In this document: positions 26,066 through 38,908 of the stretch, piece after piece
Layout of the letters: each line of letters begins with the position of its first letter
Position numbering within the stretch: position 1 is the stretch's first letter
Assembly (NCBI GenBank): GCA_036785375.1
Contig: JAWMAR010000611.1
Location: 620,001 to 684,000 of the forward strand
From: Leucoraja ocellata
Taxonomy: Eukaryota
Reading direction: 5' to 3'
Length of the DNA stretch: 64,000 nt
The notes under the pieces: model-generated
Database searches by the model: none
Seen by the model: only the letters and a program-made list of their open reading frames with translations
What the model was told of the DNA's origin: nothing
Position numbers and translations under genes: made by a program

Positions 26066-26640
26066 TTATTGCTTATTGACGTTCAACTTGACCATGAATG
26101 ATCATCCAAAATGTTACGTTTTCCCTGCCACATCTGTGTCTCACTTAATTTTATTAGCCTCAGAACTCGCCATTAAAGCTGAATTTTTTTTAAATGAATG
26201 TCATTTCATATTTATTCTGTTTCCATTTGATTTCACCTTTCCCCCACATATGATGTGGCTGGAGTCCAACACTCCACCGCTAACAAAGAGCAGGAGCTAA
26301 CTGAACGGAAGCACCTGTGGATTATTTAGAGAAATGAATGTACTGATTCCAGCCCGATGCACAGAGCTGCTGACTGCAAACTAACAACTCCAAGATCTGC
26401 CCAGCAACACTTGTCTCGTACCCTCAACTGATAATAATATTTGGAAGAATCGGACACATGATGATCAGCAATGATTGGGTTGAAGGCTGAACCAGTTTTA
26501 AGTGCCTAATGGCCCACCTTGCTCCAATCGTTAATGTTCGTGTCTAGTCATGATCCGTTACTATAATATGTTTCAGTGTACAACACTGTTCATGAAATCG
26601 CAATTACAAATATTTCCCTGGAGCATGTCCCTTGCGCAAT

Positions 26641-27085
26641 AACAATAGACAATAGGTGCAGGAGTGGGCCATTCGGCCCTTCGAGCCAGCACCACCATTC
26701 AATATGATAATGGCTGATCAACCCCAATCAGTACCACGTTTCTGCCTTCTCCCCATATCCCCTGACTGCGCTATCTTTAAGAGCCCTATATAGCTCTCCC
26801 TTGAAAGTATCCAGAGAAGCGGCCTCCACTGCCCTCTGAGGCAGAGAATTCCACAGACTCACAAATCTCTGTGTGGAAAAGTGCTTCCTCATCTCCATTC
26901 TAAATGACTTGCTCCTTATTCTTAAACTGTGGCCCCTGGTTCTGGACTCCCCCAACATCGGGAACATGTTTCCTCCATTTAGCATACCCAAACCCTGAAT
27001 AATCGTATGTTACAATAAGATCCCCTCTCATCTTCTAAACTCCAGAGTTTACAAGCCCAGCTGCTCCATTCTCTCAGCATATGAT
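26641..27085 (-). mobile_element. CR1 3' fragment
   Basis: ORF 26728-26991 and (CTATTGT)n tail. Confidence 0.85.
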
Positions 27086-27764
27086 AAACAGCAAAAAATG
27101 ATTTGTCTGAGAGTTTAAATATGAATAAATAATGATAATTCACCTTGACAATGTCAAATACTTTCAGAATCTGGCAGAACGTAGTGAGGCTTGACTGGTT
27201 TTACGTCTACAGAGAGTGTTACTGACGTGGAGAAATTAAATAGAACAACGGACATTCACCAGGGCAATCTCTGTGACTGAACTCTGCTTTCAGGATCTCC
27301 CTGTCTCCATCACAAAATGTAGACTACGCACAGACGTCCATTAATACCCGCTGACTCTCAGTTACTTTGACTGCATCCTTCCAATCTGCCCCTTGTAAGG
27401 ACACCATCCCTTACTCTCGATTTCTCCGGCTCAGCTACTTCTACTTCTATGATAACGCTTTTCACCCAACGACATGCGAAACCTTCCTTTAATTTCAGTA
27501 GCCGTGGTTTAGCCGTACAGTTGTGGATTACACCTCCATCCATATCTTCCCTGTGTCTCACAGTTCTGCTCTCGCTCGCCCTTCCTCAGACGGAACAAGG
27601 ATAATGTTCCTCTGGACCTCGCTTTTCACCACACCAGCCTGCACATATAATATATCATTCTCCGACATTTCCAATATCTTCAACGTGATCTCATCTCCAG
27701 TCGCGTCCAGTCACTGGAAGTGTCATGACAGCAGTCAGGGTTACCGTCGAGGAAATACTGAAAC

Positions 27765-28780
27765 AGAGGGAGATGGTGGAAGGTTGCTTCTCGGACTGGA
27801 GGTCTGTGACTAGTGGTGTGCCTCAGGGTTGGGTGCTGGGCCTGTTACTGTTTGTTATCTACATCAATGATTTGGATAGGAACATACAGGGCAAGATTAG
27901 CAAGTTTGCTGATGATACAGAAGTGAATGGTTTTGCAGATAGTGAAGATGGTTGTGAAAGATTGCAGCAAGATCTGGATCAATTAGCCAGGTGGGCAGGA
28001 GGAATGGTTGACGGAACTTAAAACAGAGAAGTGTGAGATGTTGCATTTTGCATCCTCGAACAAGGGCAGGACCTACACAGTAAATGGTCGGCCTCTGGGT
28101 AGTGTTGTAGTGTAGGGGGATCTAGGAGTACAGGTGCGTGGTTCCCTGAAGGTCGTGTCGCAGGTAGCTAAGGTAGCCAAAAAGGCTTTTGGCTCTTTGG
28201 CCTTCATCAATCAGAGCATTGAGTATAGAAGTTGGGAGGTCATGTTGCAGTTGTATAAACAGTTGGTGAGTTTAGAATATTGTGTTCAGTTCTGGGTACC
28301 ATTTATAGGAAAAATGTTGTCAAGCTTGAAGGGGTTCAGTAAAGATTTACGAGGATGTTGCCAGGACTAGAGGGTGTCAGCTATAGGGAGACGTTGAGTA
28401 GGCTGGGTCACTATTTCATGGAGCGCAGAGGATGAGGGGTGATCTTATGGAGGAGTACAAAATCATGAGAATGGGGGAATCGAGGACCAGAGGACATGGG
28501 TTCAAGGTGAAGGGTAAAAGATTTAATAGGAATACGATGGGTAACTTTTTCACACAGAGGGTGATGGGTGTATGGAACGAGCTGCCAGAGGAGGTAGGTG
28601 AGGCTGGGACTATCCCATCCTTTAAGAAACAGTTGGACAGGTACATGGATAGCACAGGTTTGGAGGGTTATGGACCAAGTGCAGGCAAGTGGGACAAGTG
28701 TAGCTGGGACATCGTTGGTCAGTGTGGTCAAGTTGGGCTGAAGGGCCTGTTTCCACACTGTATCACTCTTATGTTTCTAT
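27765..28780 (+). mobile_element. Decayed CR1 RT/3' fragment
   Basis: [23 protein letters not shown], followed by C-terminal motifs and 3' UTR. Confidence 0.85.
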
Positions 28781-29339
28781 GTCTCTATCTTTCCGTTTCC
28801 GCCCCTTCCGCTTTCCAGAGCGACCACATTGTTCGCAGTTGCTTGGTCTGGTCGTCTCTCCCCACCGAAACCGCTCCATTCCCAAGCATTTCCCCTACAT
28901 CCACATGGAATGTAACGCCTGACCCGACAGCTCCTGTTTCACTTCCAACAGCCACACAGGTAGTCGTCCCAGTTCAGACTGAGATTCATATCCACCTCTG
29001 CAGATCACGTGTGCAGCATTTGTTTCCTGCGATGCTCATTCGTGTACATTGGTGAGACCAAGAGTCCACCAGGCAACTATTTTGATGACCATTATGCTCT
29101 CTCTGTAAAGTTCACAGTCAGTTAAGCTCTGTTTCCCATTCCCACACCGAGCATCTTCCATTGTCAATCTTGGCCTCACACACAGTGGAGAGCAGCACCC
29201 GATGATGATCCACTTGGATGTCTTTCAATGGAACAGTATAAACACCGATTTCTTCAATTTAGAATCATAGCACCCTGCACACGCTCTCTTCCTCATTCTT
29301 GTGCCCATATTTTACTCCCCAGCCCCCAGCTCTCAAGTC

Positions 29340-30575
29340 ACCTTCGTCATTTAAATTTTAAAACTCTACCTGTGCTACATGAACGCCTGCATCGGTGCCA
29401 CCTCATGCACCAATGCAGAACTAACTGACCATTAACGTCACAACCAAATTTACATCCTGCACTGAAATTCACTTGGACCATCCCCGACATCTCCATGCCG
29501 TTTCCAGATCTGACCGTCACCATCACAGGAGACAGGCTATCGACTGACATCTATGACAAACCCACTGACTCTCATTGCTATCTAGATTCTTCCCAGCGTG
29601 TTTCCTGTCAAGACTCTCTGCCTACTCCCAATTCCTCCTCCTACGCCGCATCTGCGCCCACGATGAAGTGTTCCATACCAGGTCACCCGAGATGTCCTCA
29701 TTCTTCAGGGAATGGTGATCCCCTCTTCCATTATAGATGAGGCTCTCACTAGGATCTTGTCAACATCCTGCAGCTCCGTTCTTGCTCTCCCTCCCCCCAT
29801 TCGTAACAAGGCCAGATTCCTCCTTGTCCTCGGCTTCCACCCCATCAGCTGCCGCATATAGCACATAATCCTCCAACATTTTTGCCACCTCCAACAGGAT
29901 CCCACTATTAGCCATCTCCACCCCTTTCTGCTTTCCGCAGAGAACGCTCCCATCGCACATCCTTGGCCAACTCCTCCCTTGCCACCCAGGTACTTTCCCC
30001 TGCAACACCTGTCCCTATACCTCCCCATCAACTCCATCCAAGGACCCCAGCAGTTTTGTCAGGTGAGGCAGAAGTTCACTCACCTCCTTCAACCTCATCT
30101 ACTGTATCTGCTGCTCCAGGTGTGGATTCTTGTATATCGGCGAGACCAAGCGTAGGTTCAGCGATCATTTCGAAGAACACCTCTGCTCAGTCCACCTAAA
30201 CTTACTTGATCTCCCGGTTGCTCAACACTTTAACTCACCCTCCATTCCCACACTGACCTTTCTGTCCTGGGCCTCCTCCATTGTCAGAGTGAGGCCCAGT
30301 GCAAATTGGAGGAACATATGTTGCTCGGACAGCTTACACCCCAGCGGTATGAACATTGACTTCTCTAACATCAAGCAGCTCTTGCTTTTCCTCTCTGGCC
30401 ATTCCCTTCCCCTTCCCAGTTCTCGCACCAGTCTTGCTGGCTCCAACTACATTTTATCTCTGTACCGCCCACTCCCCTGACATCAGTCTGAAGAAGCCCG
30501 AAACGTCACCCATTCCTTCTCTCAAGAGATTCTGCATGTCCCACTGAATTACTCCAGCATTTTGTGTCTATCTTC
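29340..30575 (+). mobile_element. Penelope-like element fragment (RT thumb + GIY-YIG). Related fragments at about 27320-27710, 28790-29260, 31800-32370, 39170-39898 and 62560-63020
   Basis: GDRLSTDIYDKPTDSH and YIGETKRR...EHL...VAQHFN motifs. Terminal repeat CAGTCTGAAGAAG...CCCGAAACGTCACC. Confidence 0.85.
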
Positions 30576-30749
30576 CACCTATTGTTTGCCAAACTTTTTC
30601 CTGCTACACCCACTCTTTTCCAGTTTTCTCCCCACCCCGACGGCAATTACTCAGAAGAAAGCATTCCGTTAGGACGCGTCATCTGTCCAGCCCCTCCATA
30701 GATGTTCATTGGCTCGCTGAAATGCTACATCAGTTTGTGTATTGCTTGA

Positions 30750-31266
30750 AAAGAGGATATTCTTGCTATTGAGGGAGTGCAGCGTAAGTTCACGAGGTTA
30801 ATTCCCGGGATGGCGGCACTGTTGAACGAATGCAGTGACTGGGCTTGTATACTCTGGAATTTAGAAGAATGAGAGGGGTTCTTATTGAGACATATAAGAT
30901 TATTAAGAGATTGGACACGCTAGAGGCAGGAAACATGTTCCTGATGTTGGGGGAGTCCAGAGCCAGGGGGCACAGTTTAAGAATAAGGGGTAGGCCATTT
31001 AGAACGGAGATGAGGAAAAGCTTTCTCACCCAGAGAGTTGTGAATCTGTGGAATTCTCTGCCTCAAAAGTCAGTGGAGGCCAATTCTCTGGATGCTTTCC
31101 AGAAAGAGTTAGATAGAGCTCTTAAAGATAACGGAGTCATGGGGATATGGGGAGAAGGCATGAACGGGGCACTAATTGTGGATGATCAGCCATAATCACA
31201 GTGAATGGCGGTTCTGGCATAAAGGGCTGAATGGTCTACTCCTGCACCTAATGTCTATTGTCTATT
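30750..31266 (+). mobile_element. CR1 3' fragment
   Basis: ORF 30845-31195, 3' UTR and (CTATTGT)n tail. Confidence 0.88.
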
Positions 31267-34200
31267 GTCAATCGAGAAACACTGCAGAAAGATGCTGACC
31301 CATCATTCGTGGTCGCTTCGCTCTTCCATAATATCACGGCGGATGCCGTCTAAGAATCCTCATCACCTTTCCGCTCATTACACATACTCCTTGCCTTATT
31401 TGATTTTTTTTAAACTCCACCAGCATCCAATTGAAATATTGTCAATATATTCATATCCATTGTTTTCGGGAATAGAGAATTCCAAAGTGCCACAACTCCT
31501 TGTCACAAATTACTCTTAGTCACCGATTGCATTAGCTACCCCTTATTCTGAATCCACGCTCCTTAGTCCTGAACACCACTGTAGAAAAAATAATCTCAAC
31601 AGCTAGCCCATCAACCCAGCTCAGAATATTAACAATAGTAAGGTCATCTCTAAGTCTTTGAAATGTTATGCAGTGGCCTCTTTCTGTTTATCTGCCTCTC
31701 CACATCATTTTGTCATGCAAGAATCAGCTTAGTGAACCTTGCACTACCATCCTTACAATAGTCCCAAGCATTGTATTTCGGTATTAGAGATGTCTCCAGA
31801 CATGATCTCATTAGAAACCTATAAAACGTCCCATCGTCCGTATCCTTCCTCCAGCCATGTGCCAATCGATATCCTCACCTGCACTCTCCCTAACCCTAAC
31901 CCTAACCCGAACCCCAGCGGTAGGAATATTGATCTTCCTTATTTCCTCTAACCGTTGCAATCCATCAGTCCCCTTCCTCACCCACCCAGTCATCCTACTA
32001 GTTTCACTGTCGTCCTGCTTAGTTTTACGGCTTGTATGCACTTGTTATCACCTTTTCCACAGCCAACAAGAGGCCATTGTGGGCTCCACCATTCCTTGAT
32101 CGTTGGCTGGCTTTGATTTGTTCTTTTCGTAACTTTCATTAACTTGTTATTTGTACCCGTACATGCCTCTAGTTTCCCCCCCTCCCTTGATGTTTAAGCC
32201 AAAAAAGTAAGAATGTTATCCAATATTAGTATGTCTACTATTGCCCCTCTCCTCTGACTCAGTCTGAAGAAGAAGGGACTGAAGCCGAAAGTCACAGATT
32301 CCGGAGATATGACCTGAGCCCCTCGAGTTACTCCGCCATTCGTGTCTATCCTCTTTGTAAACCAGTAATTGCAGATCCTCCCTACACATTTCCTTCACTT
32401 ATCACTTCCCAGGCTTTATCCGGTCCCCACCCCTTTTCACCAGTTAATGGAGGAGATAATCTCAGCAGGTACCACAAACTGCTTATTTATCCCACTTCAA
32501 TACAAGCTTCATTCCATTAGCCTCCCAAGACGGCTGCTGCACCTCCGGTTAATATTTTGTGTGTCATAATCTGGTTGCTCAGAAATGTTTGCGCCACAAA
32601 ATTTTGAAGGTACACCTCACTGAAATAATATTGTCAGTACTTGCTTTCCGTCTTCATTTCCAATATGATGTCCTCAATGTTTCATAAAGCATCGTCCAAT
32701 TCGGTACCCATTGTACACATCACACTGCAGGTTCTTTGTGTTAGCCTGACAATTCTCACCGGAACACTATGTGTGCTGTCAAAAGGCCTAAACACGGCAA
32801 TCGGTCCATTTATTGAAGTTATTAATATGCATTGTAAACAATTGACATATCATCACTGATCTATGCAAGTACCTCATCCAAATACAAACCAGGACACACA
32901 TTCCATCTTCAAAGACTTACAACAACTTTGTCAAAAACCGTTGGTTTTTCAAAAAATGATGAACAATCTGTTAGAAGCGCTTATGAACCCTAAGCACCCG
33001 GATATTATCTGCTTAATCATGGCATTCAATATCTCCCCTCTGATAGATGTTCGACTATTTGACATTTTTCGTGCTCATTTCTGGCTCTCCTTCTTAATCG
33101 TAGTCACTTTTGCAGTTTTAACTCAATTAGTGTTTTTCAACAATGTTACATTATTTGAAAATGTTATTTTCTAATATATTATAATCCATACTCTCTCTTT
33201 GTCTACATCTACTTATTTCTAATGCCCACATTCAAGACATTGGGTCCAGGTGACTTGTCGATATCTAGTGCATTATTTTACTACATTTTCTCTGGTGATT
33301 CAGCGTACTTTCATAAGTTCAGATATTCATGAATCATAGCAGCATAATTGTATCAATCGGCCCGTCGAGTCTACTCTGCCATTCAATCGCCGCTGACTTA
33401 TCTTTCTCTCTCGTACCCATTCTGCTGCCTTTCCGCCAAAGCCCTTGACTCCCTAACTAAACACAAATCTGCCAATCTCCACTTTAAAACAGAACCATAT
33501 AACTTGGCCTCCACGGCTGCCCATGGCAATGAATTCCACAGATTCACCGCTGACTAAATAAATTCCTAATTTCCTTTCTAAGTCTATGTACTTTTACACT
33601 GAGGCTGTGCTCTCTTGTCCTAGACTTTCCAATGAGTGGAAACATCCTCTCCACATCAACCCTCCTCGGACCTTTCAATCTCAATCAGTCGCAATAAGGT
33701 CTCACCACATCCTTTTAAAGTCCAGCGTGCATCGGCCTAGCGCTGTCAAACGCTCATCAAAGGTTACCCCAATCATCCCCAGGATCATTATTCTAAGCCT
33801 CATCGGATCCCTCTCCAAGTCCAGCTTATCCCTCCTCAGATACTGTATGGGCCCAAACTCGGCTCAACATTTTCCATATCCTTGTTGGCCAATTCTACCA
33901 ACCTGTCCAGTTCATCTGCAGGCTCCCTGCTTCCTCTACACTACCTGTCCCTCTACCTATGTTCATATCATCTGGTAACATGGCCACAAAGTCAAGTGCT
34001 TTGAGATTTTCTGCATCTATAAGCTTAGATAATTTACGGTGATGTTAAAATAGATGCAAGATGCAGTATTTCCATCATTGCAGGTTTCCATCTTCCTTTT
34101 AACAGAGAACCAAAGTGATTAACTAGTCTAAAGAAGGGTTTCGGCCCAAAACGTTGCCTATTTCCTTCGCTCCATAGATGCTACAGCACCCACTGAGTTT

Positions 34201-34997
34201 CTCCAGCAGTTTTGTCTACCTTCGATTCTCCAGCATCTGCAGTCTCTTCTTGAACACCAAAGGGATGATATCAGTTGATAATGTTTATTCAGAATTTTCA
34301 AATACTTGCTGTATTTTTTGTATATTTGTCGCACAAAAAGTGGCGCAGCCCAGGTCCGGTAGTGGAACTGAGAAAATATGTGACCTTAACCCAACTTGCC
34401 AACACGGATAACTTTATTCTGGACTGCTACAGTCTTTGTAGGACTAATTCAGTTTTTGGTGAAGTCTGAAATAAATATAGATGCGCCCTCGTGCTTTAGA
34501 GCCGGCGGCATTTTGGGGTGTAATTATTGTTGACATAGTGCAGCATATGAAGTGGATAGGTGCTTGAAACACATTGTGTAATGCACCAGAAGTATTTAGA
34601 CAGGCATATGGATATGCAGAGAGTGGCGGGATGTGAATCGTTTGCACGTAGGTGAGATTGGTTTATCTTGGCATTATATTTAGTAGAGAGATTGTGGGGG
34701 GAAAGGCTTGTAACTACTGTACATTTCTATGGTCTATATAGTACATTTGCAAGACTATTGTGGAGTGAGTACAGAAGGTTGAGACAGATTGTGATTTAAG
34801 CAAATACAGACGTTGGGCTTGTCAGATGGATGCGTGTTTCAGTATAAAGTATGAAGACGTAAGGCCTAATGTGACATAGAATTGTGCTTCAGAACATGGT
34901 ACTATAGTTATTTTATTATTTTAGTTTAGATATTCAAAATATCATATGAATAAATACAGCCCAGAAACAATGACATTGTCTATTATAGTAGATATAA

Positions 34998-35330
34998 GGG
35001 CGGCACAGTGGCATATGGGGCGACAGGCTGTCACAGTGGTAGAGCTGCTGCCTTACAGCACCATAGACCAAGATTTGATCCTGACTGGACGCTGTCTATA
35101 CGGTGTATGTCCCTTCTCCATGTGACCGCGTGCGTTTTCTCCGGGTGCTCCGGTTTCCTCCCACACTCCAAAGACGTATAGGTCTGTTGGTCAATTGCCT
35201 TTGGAAACGAATGTAAATTGTCCCTAGTGTGTTGGATAGTGCTAGTGTATGGGCACCACTGGTCTGCGTGGGCGCGGAGGTCCGAAGGGCTTGTTTCCGC
35301 GCTGTGTCTCCAAACTAAACAAAACTAAAT
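34998..35330 (+). mobile_element. V-SINE (HE1-like); paralogous copy at 46990-47320
   Basis: tRNA-like head GGGCGGCACAGTGG, V-core CCGGGTGCTCCGGTTTCCTCCCACACTCCAAAGACGT, CR1-like tail and (AAACT)n. Confidence 0.85.
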
Positions 35331-36154
35331 ATGAGAAAAGAAAACACAATGCACTGTGAAAAGAGCGGTCCTTGTTCCCCATGATCATTATTTCCTTTTT
35401 ATGTCCAGTGAGTTAATGAATATGGAGGCTGGGTCTAACATGGTTTATGCGGGGCAAAGACAAGCTTAGATAATACAAGAAGTTGGACAATATACCGTCG
35501 TTTTTATTATTTTTAGTGTGTTTTGAAATTTGTGCTACTGTTATCTGGTACTGTTCTCCTCGCAGTCTCGGGAGAGATCAACGTCGGGAAGCTCCAACGA
35601 CACAGAAGGTTTGACCAGCCTCGACCCGGGAGTCAGATCGCCCGGCGCGGGGAGCTGAGATCCCCCCGATGATCGCCCTGACGCGGAGGGACCGCCGCCG
35701 GCTACGGGAGTCAAGATCAACGGAAGCTCGAGGCCCCCGACCGCGGTAGAACAAAGAAGGGAAGAGGTTGTACTTTTTTTCGCCTTCCATCACAGTGAGG
35801 AATGTGGAGGAGTCACTGTGATGGATGTTCATGTTAAAATGTATTTTGTGTGTTCTGTTGCTTTTTATTGGTATGACTGGATGGCAAATCAAATTCCTCG
35901 TATGTTGCAAAACATACTTGGCTAATAAAGTATAATTCTGATTATGATATTGTGAGATTAAATAAACAACATGATATAAACAGGTAAAATGCATGTTGCC
36001 TCTGATTGTGGTGAATACAGAAAACAGACTAAAAATATATACACAGGTGTAGAGATTTATTGAATATTGGCTGTAACGGGACCTTAGGAAGGCAATGTTT
36101 GTGGCGAACATTAAGCCCAATTAAACTGATCTGCCTGTCCTGATCCATATCCTT

Positions 36155-38908
36155 AGAAACATAGAAACATAGAAATTAGGTGCAGGAGTAGGCCATTCGG
36201 CCCTTCGAGCCTGCACCGCTATTCAATATGATCATGGCTGATCATCCAACTCAGTATCCCGTACCTGCCTTCTCTCCATACCCCCTGATCCCCTTAGCCA
36301 CTAGGGCCACATCTAACTCCCTCTTAAATATAGCCAATGAACTGGCCTCGACTACCCTCTGCGGCAGAGAGTTCCAGAGATTCACCACTCTCTGTGTGAA
36401 AAAAGTTCTTCTCATCTCGGTTTTAAAGGATTTCACCCTTATCATTAAGCTGTGACCCCTTGTCCTGGACTTCCCTAACATCGGGAACAATCTTCCTGCA
36501 TCTAGCCTGTCCAACCCCTTAAGAATTTTGGAAGTTTCTATAAGATCCCCTCTCAATCTCCTAAATTCTAGAGAGTATAAACCAAGTCTATCCAGTCTTT
36601 CTTCATAAGACAGTCCTGACATTCCAGGAATCAATCTGGTGAACCGTCTCTGCACTCCCTCTATGGCAATAATGTCCTTCCTCAGCTTTGGAGACCAAAA
36701 CTGTATGCAATACTCCAGGTGTGGTCTCACCAAGACCCTGTACAACTGCAGTAGAGCCTCCCTGCTCCTATACTCAAATCCTTTTGCAATGAAAGCTAAC
36801 ATACCATTCGCTTTCTTTACTGCCTGCTGCATCTGCATGCCTACCTTCAATGACTGGTGTACCATGACACCCAGGTCTCGCTGCATCTCCCCCTTTCCCA
36901 ATCGGCCACTATTTAGATAATAGTCTGCTTTCCCGTTTTTGCCACCAAAATGGATAACCTCACATTTATCCACATTATACTGCATCTGCCAAACATTTGC
37001 CCACTCACCCAGCCTATCCAAGTCACCTTGCAGTCTCCTAGCATTCTCCTCACAGCTAACACTGCCCCTCAGCTTAGTGTCATCCGCAAACTTGGAGATA
37101 TTGCCTTCAATTCCCTCATCCAGATCATTAATATATATTGTAAATAGCTGGGGTCCCAGCACTGAGCCTTGCGGTACCCCACTAGTCACTGCCTGCCATT
37201 GTGAAAAGGACCCGTTTACTCCTACTCTTTGCTTCCTGTTTGCCAGCCAGTTCTCTATCCACATCAATACTGAACCCCCAATGCCGTGTGCTTTAAGTAT
37301 GTATACTAATCTCTTATGTGGGACCTTGTCGAAAGCCTTCTGGAAGTCCAGATACACCACATCCACTGGTTCTCCCCTATCCACGCTACTGGTTACATCC
37401 TCGAAAAATTCTATAAGATTCACCAGACATGATTTACCTTTCGTAAATCCATGCTGACTTTGTCCAATGATTTCACCACTTTCCAAATGTGCTGCTATCC
37501 CATCTTTAATAACTGACTCTAGCAGTTTCCCCACTACCGATGTTAGACTAACTGGTCTGTAATTCCTCATTTTCTCTCTCCCTCCCTTCTTAAAAAGTGG
37601 GGTTACGTTTGCTACCCGCCAATCTTCAGGAACTCCTCCAGAGTCTAAAGAGTTTTGAAAGATTATTACTAATGCATCCACTATTTCTGGAGCTACTTCC
37701 TTAAGTACTCTGGCATGCAGCCTATCTGGCCCTGGGGATTTATCGGCCTTTAATCCATTCAATTTACCCAACACCACTTCCCGGCTAACCTGGATTTCAC
37801 TCAATTCCTCCATCTCCTTTGACCCGCGGTCCCCTGCTATTTCCGGCAAATTATTTATGTCTTCCTTAGTGAAGACGGAACCAAAGTAGTTATTCAATTG
37901 GTCCGCCATATCCTTGTTCCCCATGATCAACTCACCTGTTTCTGACTGCAAGGGACCTACATTTGTTTTAACTAATCTCTTTCATTTCACATATCTATAA
38001 AAACTTTTGCAGTCAGCTTTTATGTTCCCTGCCAGTTTTCTTTCATAATCTATTTTTCCTTTCCTAATTAAGCCCTTTGTCCTCCTCTGCTGGTCTGAAT
38101 TTCTCCCAGTCCTCCAGTATGCTGCTTTTTCTGGCTAATTTGTACGCATCATCCTTCGCTTTGATACTATCCCTGATTTCCCTTGTTATCCATGGATGTA
38201 CTACATTCCCTGATTTATTCTTTTGCCAAACTGGGATGAACAATTTTTGTAGGTCATCCATGCAGTCTTTAAATGTCTTCCATTGCATACCCACCGTTAA
38301 CCCTTTTAGAATTAATTGCCAGTCAATCTTGGCCAATTCACGTCTCATACCCTCAAAGTTACCTTTCTTTAAGTTCAGAACCATTGTTTCTGAATTAACA
38401 ACGTCACTCTCCATCCTAATGAAGAACTCAACCATATTATGGTCACTCTTGCCCAAGGGGGCACGTACAACAAGATTGCTAACTAACCCTTCCTCATTAC
38501 TCAATACCCAGTCTAAAATAGCCTGCTCTCTCGTTGGTTCCTCTACATGTTGATTTAGATAACTATCCCGCATATATTCCAAGAAATCTTCTTCCTCAGC
38601 ACCCCTGCCAATTTGATTCACCCAATCTATATGTAGATTGAAGTCACCCATTATAACTGTTTTGCCTTTGTCGCACGCATTTCTAATTTCCTGTTTGATA
38701 CCATCTCCAACTTCACTACTACTGTTAGGTGGCCTGTACACAACACCCACCAGTGTTTTCTGCCCCTTAGTGTTTCGCAGCTCTACCCATACCGATTCCA
38801 CATCCTCCAAACTAATGTCCTTCCTTTCCATTGCGTTAATCCCCTCTCTAATCAGTTACGCTACCCCACCTCCTTTTCCTTTCTCTCTATCCGTCCTGAA
38901 TATTGAAT
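36155..38908 (-). mobile_element. Young CR1 LINE with 8-bp TSD
   Basis: ORFs 38064-38831 and 36251-37951 (566 aa RT). TSD ATATCCTT at 36147-36154 and 38909-38916. The empty site is visible in the paralog near 48020-48040. Confidence 0.95.

Noticed and set aside
34340-34400. SGSGTEK as a J-like G-X-G motif (also near 46430)
   Set aside because: No F/W before the motif, no heptamer at a 12 or 23 spacing, and no splice donor.
33348-34469. Duplicated small ORFs (69, 130, 77 and 64 aa) as a conserved gene family
   Set aside because: Their similarity to 43988-46544 reflects recent DNA duplication of decayed antisense CR1 and Penelope sequence, not protein-level conservation.
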